64,000 nucleotides of DNA from Basidiobolus meristosporus CBS 931.73 (lineage: Eukaryota > Fungi > Basidiobolomycota), in assembly GCA_002104905.1 (NCBI GenBank), contig MCFE01000235.1, forward strand, positions 1 to 64,000, written 5' to 3'. A program made the position numbers and the translations under genes. The notes below the pieces were generated by a model. It was not told where the DNA came from. It did not search any database and saw only the letters and a program-made list of their open reading frames with translations. This document shows positions 1 to 11,200 of this stretch, piece after piece (positions within the stretch are counted from its first letter, which is position 1; each line of letters begins with the position of its first letter).

Positions 1-430
1 GCTTTTTCTACTAATTATCTTTCTTTTTGAAGCACCGGTCTGATGTGTGTCCTTTTCTTTTGCAGTAGTTGCAAAATAGGTTGCTGTTGCCTTTGTAGGG
101 TCTTGGGTACCTCCTTTGTTGGTTATCATTGCTTATTAAAGCATTTTCTTCTTCCTTCTTATTGGCGCTTAATTTTCTTAATTCTTCATCCAGGAGCCTT
201 CCATATATGTAATTTAAGATCAAACCTTCAGTTCTGGACTCTAGGGCTGATACAAGGCCCTGAAACCTGTCTGTCAGGCTATTTAGGATAATAACTATCA
301 CATCCTCATTAGTAGTTGATACACCCATAGATTCCATCTTACCAAACAGTAGGGTAATTCTGTTAATTAGATTTTTCATTTCTTCTCCTGGCAGCATCTT
401 GGTAGTAAAGAATTTTGTCTCAAATGCATT

Positions 431-1161
431 AGACTTGTTCCATTGGATAGTGCCACATTGAGCCATGAGTGCCAAATGATGCCATAGTGTGCCAGCAAGG
501 CCAAGTGAGCCTATACTTGGCTACAGAGTGTGAAACACAGATCTGCATCTTCATGCAAAACATCACCTGTGTTTCACCTTTGATGCAGGAGATAATCCAT
601 TTTTTGACGTTTTTTTGTGGATCAATATTGTGCAGGATGTGCAAGAGCACTAAAGAATTGAAGATAACATCTGGTACTCTATACCCATGGCACTCTGAAT
701 CTAGCTTCTGTGGCTTGCAACATGTCACAAAAATGCATGGCACTATCTTGGTCCACTGGGACTATCCAGCACAATATTTAAATATTAGCCCTAAAGTAAG
801 ATCAATACAAAGCACTTATAGTGCCAGATAGTACCAGTGGACCAAGATAGTGCCATGCATTTTTGTGACATGTTACAAGCCATAGAAGCTAGATTCAGAG
901 TGCCATGGGTATTGAGTACCAGATGCATATCTTCAATCCTTTAGTGCTCTTACACATCCTGTACAACATTGACCAAAAAAAAGGTCAAAAAATGAATTTT
1001 CTCCATCACAATGAGTGAAACACAGGGGCTGCTTTGCATGAAGATGCAGATCTATATTTCACACTTTGTGGCCAAGTATAGGCTCACTTGGCTTCCCAGG
1101 CACACTGTGATATCATTTGGCACTCATGGCTCCATGCGGCACTATCCAACGGAACAAGTCT
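431..1161. mobile_element. Fold-back MITE 1 (PHIS/Pangu-like, non-autonomous)
   Basis: Ends AGACTTGTTCC…GGAACAAGTCT; ATT TSD at 428-430 and 1162-1164; removing it restores the copia gag sequence seen at 7581-7610; arms ~431-775 and ~818-1161 are inverted repeats. Confidence 0.95.
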
Positions 1162-1288
1162 ATTTTCTTAGCAGCTGAACATGACTGGTAGGTGTCTTCT
1201 AATGCTTTCCAGGCATTCTTTGCTGTTTTTGCTTTTGAGCATTGAATTAGCTATTTGTCTTTAGCATCAAGGCAAATGCAGTTAAAGG

Positions 1289-1637
1289 TGTTGTAAGAGT
1301 CTTGGAGATATTGGAAATGATTGGGAGGACAAGTAGATTAGGTGGTTTTCACTTGATGATCTATTGAATGTAAAAGTAGTATTTATACTTTTGCCTGGTC
1401 TTGGTATTACAAACACACAGAGTAGGTTAAGGAAGGTCCCAAGAACATGTGTGCAAAGTTTGGGGCTGTTTGGACAACTTTGAGAATTTTCATGTTCTGG
1501 GTACCAGGCATTTTGGTGAAAATATTCCAAGTAAATCCCAACAAGGAATTTGGTCAGTATTCTCTAGGATTTGAGGGTAATGATCTAAGTGACTAAGTTA
1601 GGTGAATATTTAGGTGGAAATACAAATTTTTACAACA
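1289..1637 (-). repeat. 3' LTR of A1
   Basis: TGTTGTAAG…TTACAACA; homologous to 7943-8291, 8521-8869, 16296-16642, 57459-57806 and 61287-61634. Confidence 0.95.
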
Positions 1638-1648
1638 CTCCCACCCAG

Positions 1649-4600
1649 CTAAATGTTCATACTGACTAGTCCTAATTTTGACCTAAGGTATTCAAACTTG
1701 TCTCTAGCTAATGGTTTAGTAAATATGTCTGCAATCATTTCATCTGTAGGACAGTAAACTAAGCTAACTAAGTTATTCTCTATAGCTTTACATATGAAAT
1801 GATGTCTAATATCTATGTGCTTGGTTCTAGCATGAAAAGTTGGATTTCTACCTAATTGTATACATCCTTGATTATCTTGAAATAAAGTAATAGGCGTTTT
1901 TTGACATAGGCCTAAATCTGTAAGGAGCTTTCTTAACCACATTGCTTCTTTTGTAGCTTCACAGGCTGCCATATACTCTGCCTCTGTGGTGGAAAGTGCT
2001 ACGGTTGGTTGCTTTCTTGAATTCCATGAAATTGCTCCTTTACAGTAAAGAAAGGTGTATCCTGTGGTGGATCTTCTGTCTTCTAAATTTTGTCACCAAT
2101 CAGCATCAGAGTATCCCACAAGATCTTGTTCTGAATCCTTATAAGTGTATCTTAAGCAGATGTCAGCAGTTCCTTTTAGGTATCTAAAAATCCGCTTAAC
2201 TGCTGCTATATGATCAGATCCATAGTTCTGATTATGTTGGCTGACAACTCCCACTGAATATGAGATATCTGGAAATGTTCCAAGCATGATATACATCAGA
2301 CTGCCGACCATTGATTGATAAGGAGAGTCAGGGCTTTCAGATGGCACCAAGCTCTCTTGATTTGGTTGAGTTTTGACCAAGTTAAGGTTTGTCTCCATTG
2401 CGGTAGCTGCGGTTTACAGTCTTCCATTTGGTACTTCTTTAGTATATCTTGAATATACTTGGATTGGCTTAGAGTGATAGTCTGGGTACTTCTGTCTATG
2501 GAGAACTTAATCCCTAAGTAGTAACTAAGTTCTCCTAAATCAGACATCTTGAACTCCTTAGATAGGCTGGATTTAGTTTCTTCCAATGTTTCTAGGTTAT
2601 TGGTGGCTATAATAAGATCATCCACATATAGAGCTAATAGAACTGGATTTGCTCTATCTGGCTTATAGTATATACTATAGTCAGCATTACTTCTTTTGAA
2701 GCTCAAAGATTCCAAATAAGAATCTTTCTTGCAATTCCAGGCTCTTGGTGATTATTTGAGACTATATAGTGACTGTTTAAGCTTGCTGACCAAATGGGGG
2801 TTATCTTGGTCAACAAACCCATCAGGCTGGTCCATATACATGTCCTCATCAAGTTCTCCATTCAAAAATGCAGTTTTTACATCCATTTGATGAATAAAAA
2901 ACTTATATTTGGCTGCAATAGCCAATATTAATCTGATGGAATTAAACTTGGCTACCGGTGCAAAAGTCTCAGTATAGTCAAGTCCTTTTGTTTGAGAGTA
3001 TCCTTTGGCCACAAGTCTTGCTTTGTATCTTTCAATTTTGCCATCAGCCTTGTATTTTGTCTTGAGGACCCATCTGCATCCAATTGATTTTTGGTTGATT
3101 GGTAATTTGACTAAGTCCCAAGTTTGATTTTCTATCAGTGCCTGATGTTCCTCAGTCATTGCAGATCTCCAAAACTTTGTCTGAGGGCTATTTAGGGCCT
3201 CTTTTACAGTCTAGGGTTCATCAATATGGACTGAATAGGCATAGGCTAAGTTTGTACTCTCATTGATATAGCAATTAGGGCAATCTCTTGTCCAATTTGA
3301 TCTCCAGGCATTTGATACTGGAATGATCACTTCTGGGATATTCCTGGGCACTGATTCTGGCTGAACAACGGTTGTAGAGTCCTCTGGAGTGAGAGAATCT
3401 TCATTGTTTTGCTCTGATTCAATCCTGACAATTGGTGGACTTGAGTTCAAATTTTTGTCATCATCTGATGTCATTTTTTGTGAAATTTTGAATTTTCATC
3501 AAACAACACATCCCTGGACTTGATAGGCTTCTTTGCTTTGGTATTGAAGAGTCTGTATGACTTACTCTCATTGCAGTAGCCCAAAAATATGCATTTTACA
3601 CTTTTGGCTCAAATTTTGACTGATTTCCGGCCAGTTTTTTGGCATATGCTGTACACCCAAATATTCTTAGATGTTCTGCACTTGGTCTGTATCCATACCA
3701 TGCTTCAAATGGAGTAGAATCATGAAGTATTCTGCTATGACTTCTATTTTTCAGATATACAGCAGTGGCAACTGATTCCGCCCAAAAATCATAGAATAAT
3801 TTTTGATCATGGATCATGGATCTTGCCATATCAATTATTGATCTGTTAGCTTGTTCTGCTACTCTGTTTTGCTGTGGGGAGAATGGTACAGTAGTCTCTT
3901 GCTTTATCCCATGAATTTTGCAGAAGTGGATGAAGAGTTTTGAGGTATATTCTCAACCATTGTCAGAGCATATTTTCTTGAGTTTTTCACCAGTTTCACT
4001 CTCCACCATGGCTTTAAACTCCCTGAACTTAGACAGAGCTTCTTCCTTTCTCTCCATGAAGTAGACCCATGTGTATCTTGTATAATCATCAATAAAAGTG
4101 ATTAAATACTTCATCCCACCTAAGGATAAATTTTGCATAGGTCCACACAGACCTGAGTGAATTAGATATAATTTTTTCTTAGTTTTGATTAACCCAGAGC
4201 TCTTGAAATGGTGTCTGGCTTGTTTCCCATATATGCAGGCTTCACCGTGCTCCAAATTAGGTGGGGGATCAATTTTCACTTCAGAAATTAGCTGATCCTT
4301 GATCATTTTATGCAAATAATCAAAATTGATGTGCCCAAATCTCCTGTGCCATAGCATTGGTGTTTCTTCATTTAAGTTACTTATATTGGCTTCCAAGTAT
4401 GATGGAATATAAGTCAACTTGTATAGATTCTGATCTCTGATGCCCAAAGCAATATGGGCACCATTTTGATCAGTGATCCTGCATCCAGAATTGTCAAAAC
4501 TGAAACTGAGTCCTTCTGCTGTGGCCATGCTTACAGAGAGTAGGTTCTTGGCTATTTCTGGTACATAGAGTACTTCTTTAAAGGTCAGTATATGGATTCC

Positions 4601-4880
4601 TTCACTGCTGCTTAGGTTTACTTGGATAGTTCCTTCTCCCACTGCATCAAGTGTTCTATCGTCACCCATGAAAACTTTCTTAATTGGAATTTCTTGATAT
4701 TGGGTAAAAAGTTCTCTTTGGTGAGTAAAGTGTTGAGAAGCTCGAGAATCAATATACTACGTCTGAGAATCCTTGTTTGTGGTCATATTTAGTGCAGATA
4801 TGAATAGTCTATCTTCAGTTGTTGCAGCATTTCCATATTCAGGCTTCTTTTGCTCATAATCTTTCTTTTTGAGACACCGG
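1649..4880 (-). pseudogene. pol: A1 pol (protease, integrase, RT, RNase H), broken by stops and frameshifts
   Basis: Motifs HRRFGH, FIDDYTR, YKARLVAKGYSQ, QMDVKTAFLNG, LYVDD, GYSDADW and ADIFTKPL in ORFs 1649-4669. Confidence 0.93.
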
Positions 4881-5588
4881 TGTAGTGGGGTGACAGTGAA
4901 ACCCACTGACAGATGTGCTCATTCCCTTATTTTCTACTTCCCTATACCTCTACTACACTTATTTTAGTTTTATCCCATTTGCCTTACCCAATCAGTACTA
5001 TCCCATAAGCCGGTAGACTATCACACCTGCTTACCTTATTGCATAAGTTACCCCTCACTTTATGAAAGATTACTAGCTATAAGTACTTCTATATTAGGCC
5101 GGTACCCACGCCAGTACCTGTGACACATGATCAACCTGTGTCACCAACCCTACCATTTCCATACCATATATGATATCCCCATGTTACACAGGTTTCAGAA
5201 TACTGATTCCTGATTGGTTGGGTGTGCTGTGCCACTTAGAACCTTCCGGCACCTACTTAGAACATTCTTAGGTCATTCTGATGTCATTAGGATTTCTATT
5301 GATATCCGAAACCTTCTGGAACACCATGATTAGTAATCCCTTAGCCAGTAAGAAAAGTATATAAGGGAGGCTATCCCTCCACAATAAATCATCATCCCTT
5401 TTATCAATATTCCAACTTGTTGATTAGTGTGATCACTGCTACCTGCTGCTACCTGAACTTCCAACCCCAGACCATAGGACACTCCCAGGAAACTGTGCTG
5501 ACAGCCAACTGACCTTGGAGGCACTACTTGTGAGGAATACTCAGAGTAGGTATCTTTTATTATATTTGATTCTTTCCCAAGTTTGTTC

Positions 5589-6831
5589 TGTGGTAATGGA
5601 AAGTATTCCATTACTACAATATCTCTAAACCAATATTGCACTCATTTCTTTATTTTGCTTTTTGCTATTGTAACACACAAGAGAAAGATCAAGAATTTCC
5701 AACTTTGAAGAGCAAATGCTCCAGACCCTGACAAGCAATCCACCCAAGAATATTATGTCATACAGAACACGTAGTAGCCAACACATGTTTCAAATTACAG
5801 CTCATTTGAAGCAGTACTTAAGGAGTTATGACCAAAAGAGTCCAACTATTATATATACTATGCCTTATTGCTAGGATTAATATGGTGACTTTGATCGCAT
5901 GTAACTTTTGAACCAGCCAATCAAATCACGTGACATTTTCACAGGTGCTGCGCCTATGTCCGATCTGCACTACTGCAAAATTTTAGCGTTGTATCACGTG
6001 TATTGCTTGCGCAATCGCCCAAAAACTTTGATCCTTCAAAATTTTCATATATATGACTTCCCCAGCTGAAAAATAAAGGGAGAGCCTCTCTTTCCAGAAT
6101 CTCCACACTACAATTACAAGTTTAAAGGTTATAAGACTTCCCCTGCATCACTTGTACTGTTGAGTATTCTGACTTTGATTGGTACTACATCAGTAAAGAG
6201 ACTGCAAAGCTCACAAGAATCCAATCTAAGTTCTACAAGAAACTACCACTTTTCTGTTGGAAAAGTCCCCTCTAAGAAGCCCCTTTACTCTAAAGACACC
6301 CCTTTAGACACCCCTTTAGTCTAAAGACCCCTTTAGAGACCCCTTTAAGAAACCCCTTTACTCTAAAGAAGTCCCTTAAGGCACCCCTTTAGTGTAAAGT
6401 CCACTTTAGAGACCACTACAAGAAGCCCCTTTACTCTAAAGACACCCCTTTAGACACCCCTTTAGGTCTAAAGACCCCTTTAGAGACTTCTACAACACAC
6501 CCCTTTAGGTTAAAGGGGAGCTCAGTATTTCCATATTAGGAAATATTTTCTCAGAAAGGAAAGTGACTTCCAAATAAGGAAAAGTTACTATAAAAGTAAA
6601 TAAGCCCATTAGTCAACAGAAGGTCAGAACACTGCTGTAGAAGTGATAAACACTGCCTACAGTATATTTTGAGCCCAAGATTGAGGAAAGTAGTGAAAGT
6701 TATATCTTCTATTGGTATATCAAACTCCCAATAAACTATTTCAGTATTAGCATACTGGAGGTTGTTGTATATTGTTGATTAGCCTCTACATTGTAGAACA
6801 AGCCCCAAACTAATCATAATACAAGAAAACA
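5589..6831. mobile_element. Element Y copy 1 (probable solo LTR, 1243 bp) nested in X1
   Basis: TGTGG…AAACA; GTTC duplicated at 5585-5588 and 6832-6835; the empty site is seen at ~54021-54035; other copies at ~19550-20799 and 48123-49485. Confidence 0.85.
6275..6515. repeat. Degenerate (A/G)CCCCTTTAG tandem array inside Y
   Basis: Repeated cores; a ~65-bp block is duplicated (~6277-6345 and ~6423-6488); terminal hairpin CCCCTTTA-GGT-TAAAGGGG. Confidence 0.9.
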
Positions 6832-7182
6832 GTTCTTGTACAGGCAAAGATACTTTTCTGTCTTTGTAACTATTGACCACAGCTGCATTCTTATCAAGTC
6901 CCTGCTGGTGGAGTTTACAGTTGTTTTGACTTTGGAAGCTTTAGTACATTGTCATCTCAAAGGACGCTGAACCCAGCACATACTTTTGTTAAGACACCAA
7001 CTAAGATGGGGATTGTAGCTCAATAGTTTTCCCTTGACAAGCTTGTGGCTTTATTTCCCTTCACATTGATTAGAGACAGAACCCAAGTATTCCTAGCAAG
7101 CTTTTGCCAGAGGTTATTGCCCCCAGTGAACACCCCACACACAAAACACTTGAGAAGTGTTGGACATATCTCTCCCTTGGAC

Positions 7183-7911
7183 TTATACACCACCACACCG
7201 GTCCGATGTGTGTCCTTTCCTTTTGCAGTAGTTGCAAAATAGGTTGCTGTTGCCTTTGTAGGGTCTTGGGTACCTCCTTTGTTGGTTATCATTGCTTATT
7301 AAAGCATTTTCCTCTTCCTTCTTATAGGTGCTTGATTTTCTTAAATCTTCATTCAGGAGCCTTCCATATACGTAATTTAAGGTCAAATCTTCAGTTCTGG
7401 ACTCTAGGGCTGATACAAGGCCCTGAAACTTGTCTGTCAGGCTATTCAGGATGGTAACTATCACATCCTCATCAGTAGTTGGTACGCCCACAGATTCCAT
7501 CTCATCTACCAGCAAGGTTATTCTGTTAATTAGATTTTTCATTTCTTCTCCTGGCAGCATCTTTGTAGTAAGGAATTTTTGTCTCAGATACATTTTCTTG
7601 GCAGCTGAACATGACTGGTAGGTGTCTTCCAATGCTTTCCAGGCATTCTTTGCTGTTTTTGCTCTTGAGCATTGAATTAGCAATTTGTCCTTAACATTAA
7701 GGCAAATGCAGTTAAAGGCACTTTGTTCTTTCTTCTGGTACTTTAAGGCTTCCTCTCCCACATTTTTAGGAGGTCATTCTTCTCCCATGACAATATCCCA
7801 AATGCCTCTTTCTTGTAGCAGCATCTTCATCTTCACTTTCCACACTTGGTAATTAGAGCCATCCAACTTTTCAGCAGAGGGAAAAATTCCAGTAATAGCA
7901 GTAGTAGACAT
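7183..7911 (-). pseudogene. gag: A1 gag (N-terminal part)
   Basis: MSTTAITGIFPSAEKLDG… start; ORF 7183-7761 resembles a Retrotran_gag_2/UBN2 region and ends in the CX2CX4HX4C knuckle where X inserts. Confidence 0.9.
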
Positions 7912-7930
7912 TGCAGAGAGTGACAGCTTG

Positions 7931-7942
7931 GGGCTCATAACC
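7931..7942 (-). promoter_or_regulatory. Primer-binding site GGTTATGAGCCC (initiator tRNA-Met anticodon-half type)
   Basis: Directly follows the 5' LTR; same motif at 8509-8520, 15909-15920, 57807-57818 (variant) and 62331-62342 (variant); matches the copia/Ty5-type PBS. Confidence 0.85.
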
Positions 7943-8291
7943 TGTTGTAAGAGTCTTGGAGATATTGGAAGTGATTAGGAGGACAAGTAGATTATGTGGT
8001 TTTCACTTAATGATTTGTTGAATATAAAAGTAGTAATTATACTTTTACCTGATCTTGGCATTACAAATATGTAGAATAGGTTAAGAAAGGTCCCAAGAAC
8101 ATGTGTGCAATGTTTGAGGCTTTTTGGACAACTTTGAGAATTCTCATGTTCTGGGTACCAGGTATTTTGGTGAAAATATTCTAAATAAATCCCAACTAGG
8201 ATTTTGGTCAGTATTCTCTAGGATTTGAGGGTAATGATCTAAGTGACTAAGTTAGGTGAATATTTAGGTGGAAATACAAATTTTTACAACA
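7943..8291 (-). repeat. 5' LTR of A1 (mosaic)
   Basis: 349 bp, followed by the PBS on the - strand. Confidence 0.95.
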
Positions 8292-11200
8292 AAAGGCACT
8301 TTGTTCTTTCTTCTGGTACTTCAAGGCTTCCTCTCCCACATTTTTAGGAGGGCATTCTTCTCCCATGACAATATCCTAAAGGCCTCTTTCTTGTAGCAGC
8401 ATCTTCATCTTCACCTTCCACACTTGTTAGTTAGATCCATCCAACTTTTCAGCAGTGGGAAAAATTCCAGTGATAGCAGTAGTTGACATTGCAGAGAGTG
8501 ACAACTTGGGGCTCATAACCTGTTGTAAGGGTACTGGAGATATTGAAGGTGACTTGGAAAGTAAGTAGATTAAGTGGTTTTCACTTAATGATTTATTGAA
8601 TGTGAAAGTAGCATTTATACTTTTACCTGATCTTGGCATTACAAATATGTAGAATAGGTTAAGGAAGGTCCCAAGAACATGTGTGCAACGTCTGAGGCTT
8701 TTTGGACAACTTTGAGAATTCTCATGTTCTGGGTACCTGGTATTTTGGTGAAAATATTCTAAATAAATCCTGACAAGGAATTTGGTCAGTATTCCCTAGG
8801 ATTTGAAGGTAGTGATCTAATTGACTAAGTTAGGTGAATATTTAGGTGGGATTACAAATTCTTACAACATTGATTATTAAAAAGCTTATATTTGGCTGCA
8901 ATAGCCAATGTTAATCTGATGGAATTAAACTTGATTACTGGTGCAAAGGTCTTAGTATAATCAAGTCCTTTTACTTGAGAATAACCTTTGGCCATAAGTC
9001 TTGCTTTGTATCTTACAATTGTACCATCAGCCTTATATTTTGTCTTAAAGACCCATCTACATCAAATTGATTTTTGGTTGTTTGGTAATTTGACTAACCC
9101 CCAAGGTTGATTTTCCATCAGGGCCTGATGCTCCTCAGTCATTGCAGCTCTTCAAAACTTTGTCTGAGGGCTATTTAGGGCCTCTTTTACAGTCTGGGGT
9201 TCATCAATATGGACTGAATTGGCATAGGCTAAGTTTTTACCCTCATTGATGTGGTAATTTGGGCTATTTCTTGTCTGTTTAGATCTCCAGGCGTTTGATA
9301 CTTAAATGCTCACTCCTGGGATATTCCTAGGCACTGATTCAGGCTGAGACATGGTTGTGGAGCTCTCTGAAGTGAAAAAATGTCACTGTTTCGCTCTAAT
9401 TAAGTCCTGACTATTGGCAGACTTCAGACCAGATTTTTGTCTTCATTTGATGTCATTTTTTATGAGATTTTCATATTTGCATCTAACAACACATCCCTGG
9501 ACTTAGTCAGCTCCTTTACTTTGGGACTGTAGAGTCTGTATGCCTTACTCTCATTGCAGTAGCCTAAAAATATTCATTTTCCACTTTTTGCTGCTACTTT
9601 TGACTGATTTCTGAGCTGTCTCTTAGCATATGCTATACACCCAAGTATTCTTAGATGTTCTGCACTTGGTCTGTATCCATACCATGCTTTAAATGGAGTA
9701 GAGTCACAAAGTATTATGTTGTAACTCCCATGTTTAAGGTACACAGCTGCAGCAACTGATTCCCCCCCTCAAAATCATAAGGTAATTTTTGATCATGGAT
9801 CATAGATCGTGCCATATCAATTATTGATCTGTTTGCATGTTTTGCTACGCCATTTTGCTGTGGGGAGTATGGTACAGTAGTCTCTTGCTTTATCCCATGA
9901 GCTTTTCAGAAGTGGATGAAGAGTTATGAGTTATATTCACTCCTTTGTCAGAGCATATTTTCTTGATTTTTTTACCAGTTTCTCTCTTCACTATGACTCT
10001 AAGCTCCCTGAACTTAGACAGATCTTCTTCCTTTCTCTCCATGAAATAGACCCCCGTGTATCTTGAATAATCATCAATAAAAGTGACTGAATACCTCATC
10101 CTGCCTAACGATATATTTTGCATAGGTCCACACAGATCTGAGTGAATTAGATCAAATTCTTTCGCAGTATTGATTGACCCACAGCTCTTGAGAAGTTGTA
10201 TGACTTGTTTTCCATATATGCAGGCTTCACAGTTCTTAAAATTAGTTGGGGACTTAACGTTTATTCCAGAAATTAGCTGATCTTGATCTTTTTGAGCAAA
10301 TAAGCACAATTGATGTGTCCAAATATCTGGTGCCAAAGCATTGGTGTTTCCTCATTCAAGTTACTTATATTGGTTTCCAGATATGACAGAATGTAAGTCA
10401 ACTTACACAAATTCTGATCTCTGATGCCCTAAGTAATATGAGCACCATTTTGATCAGTGATCCTGCATCCAGAACTGTCAAAGTTGAAACAGAGTCCTTC
10501 TGCTGTGGCCTTGCTTACCAATATTAGGTTCTTGGCTATTTCTGGTACATATAAAACTTCTTTAAGGGTCAGTGTATGGCTTCCTTCACTGCTTCTAAGG
10601 TTTATTTGGATAGCTCCTTTTCCCACTGCATCAAGTGTTCTATCATTACCAAAGAAAACCTTTTTGATTAGAGCTTCCTGATATTGGGTAAAAAGCTCTT
10701 TTGGGTGTTTAAAGTGTTGAGACACTCCAGAGTCCATGTGCCATATCTGAAAGTCCTTGTATGTGGGCATATTTAGTACAGATGAGAGTAGTCTACCTTC
10801 AGTGGTAGCAGCATTTCCATATTCAGGCTTTTTCTGCTGACTATCTTTCTTTTGAAAGCACCAGACTGATGTATATCCATTCCTTTTGCAGTAGTTGCAA
10901 AACTGGTTGGTATTGCCTTTAAAAGGTCCCTGGTTTTATTTGTTAGTTATTACTGCTTATTAAGAATTCTCTTCTTCCTTCCTATTGATGCTTGATTTTC
11001 TTAGTTCTTCATCCAGGAGCCTTCCATATATTTTATTTGAGCTCAAATCTTCAGTTCTGGACTGTAGGGCTGATACAAGGCCCTGAGCCTTGTCTGTCAG
11101 GCTATTCAAGATGGTTCCTATCACATTTTCATCAGTAGTTGGTACACCCACAGATTCCACCTTATACACCAGCTGTGTAATTCTGTTGGCTAGATTTTTC

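Larger units (their letters stand above)
4881..7197. mobile_element. Element X copy 1 (1070 bp once Y1 is removed); solo LTR or Ginger-like non-autonomous element
   Basis: Ends TGTAGTGGGG…CACCACA; CCGG 4-bp TSD at 4877-4880 and 7198-7201; interrupts the A1 gag zinc knuckle; same length as the copy at 52864-53933. Confidence 0.85.
1289..8291 (-). mobile_element. Full-length but decayed Ty1/copia element A1 inserted into gag of A2
   Basis: LTRs 1289-1637 and 7943-8291 (349 bp each); AAAGG TSD at 1284-1288 and 8292-8296; PPT (GGGTGGGAG on -) next to the 3' LTR; gag-PR-IN-RT-RH order. Confidence 0.95.
1..8869 (-). mobile_element. Ty1/copia element A2: 5' LTR, PBS and gag; the 3' part runs off the left edge. 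Host of a MITE and of element A1
   Basis: LTR 8521-8869 (TG...CA, 349 bp), PBS at 8509-8520, gag pieces at 8297-8490, 1165-1288 and 1-430 (…NLFCNYCKRKGHTSDRC zinc knuckle). Confidence 0.9.

Noticed and set aside
429-831. ORFs overlapping the MITEs (also 21583-21774, 31268-32042, 52056-52259, 56206-56897)
   Set aside because: They are chance frames in a palindromic non-coding element; starts, stops and frames differ between copies
5330-5641. ORF in X/Y recurring at 53165-53437
   Set aside because: It recurs only because X is repeated; its N-terminus differs because Y is inserted, and it has no recognisable domain
6275-6515. CCCCTTTAG array as a CRISPR array or telomeric seed
   Set aside because: There are no unique constant-length spacers and no cas genes; the unit is irregular and lies inside a dispersed repeat
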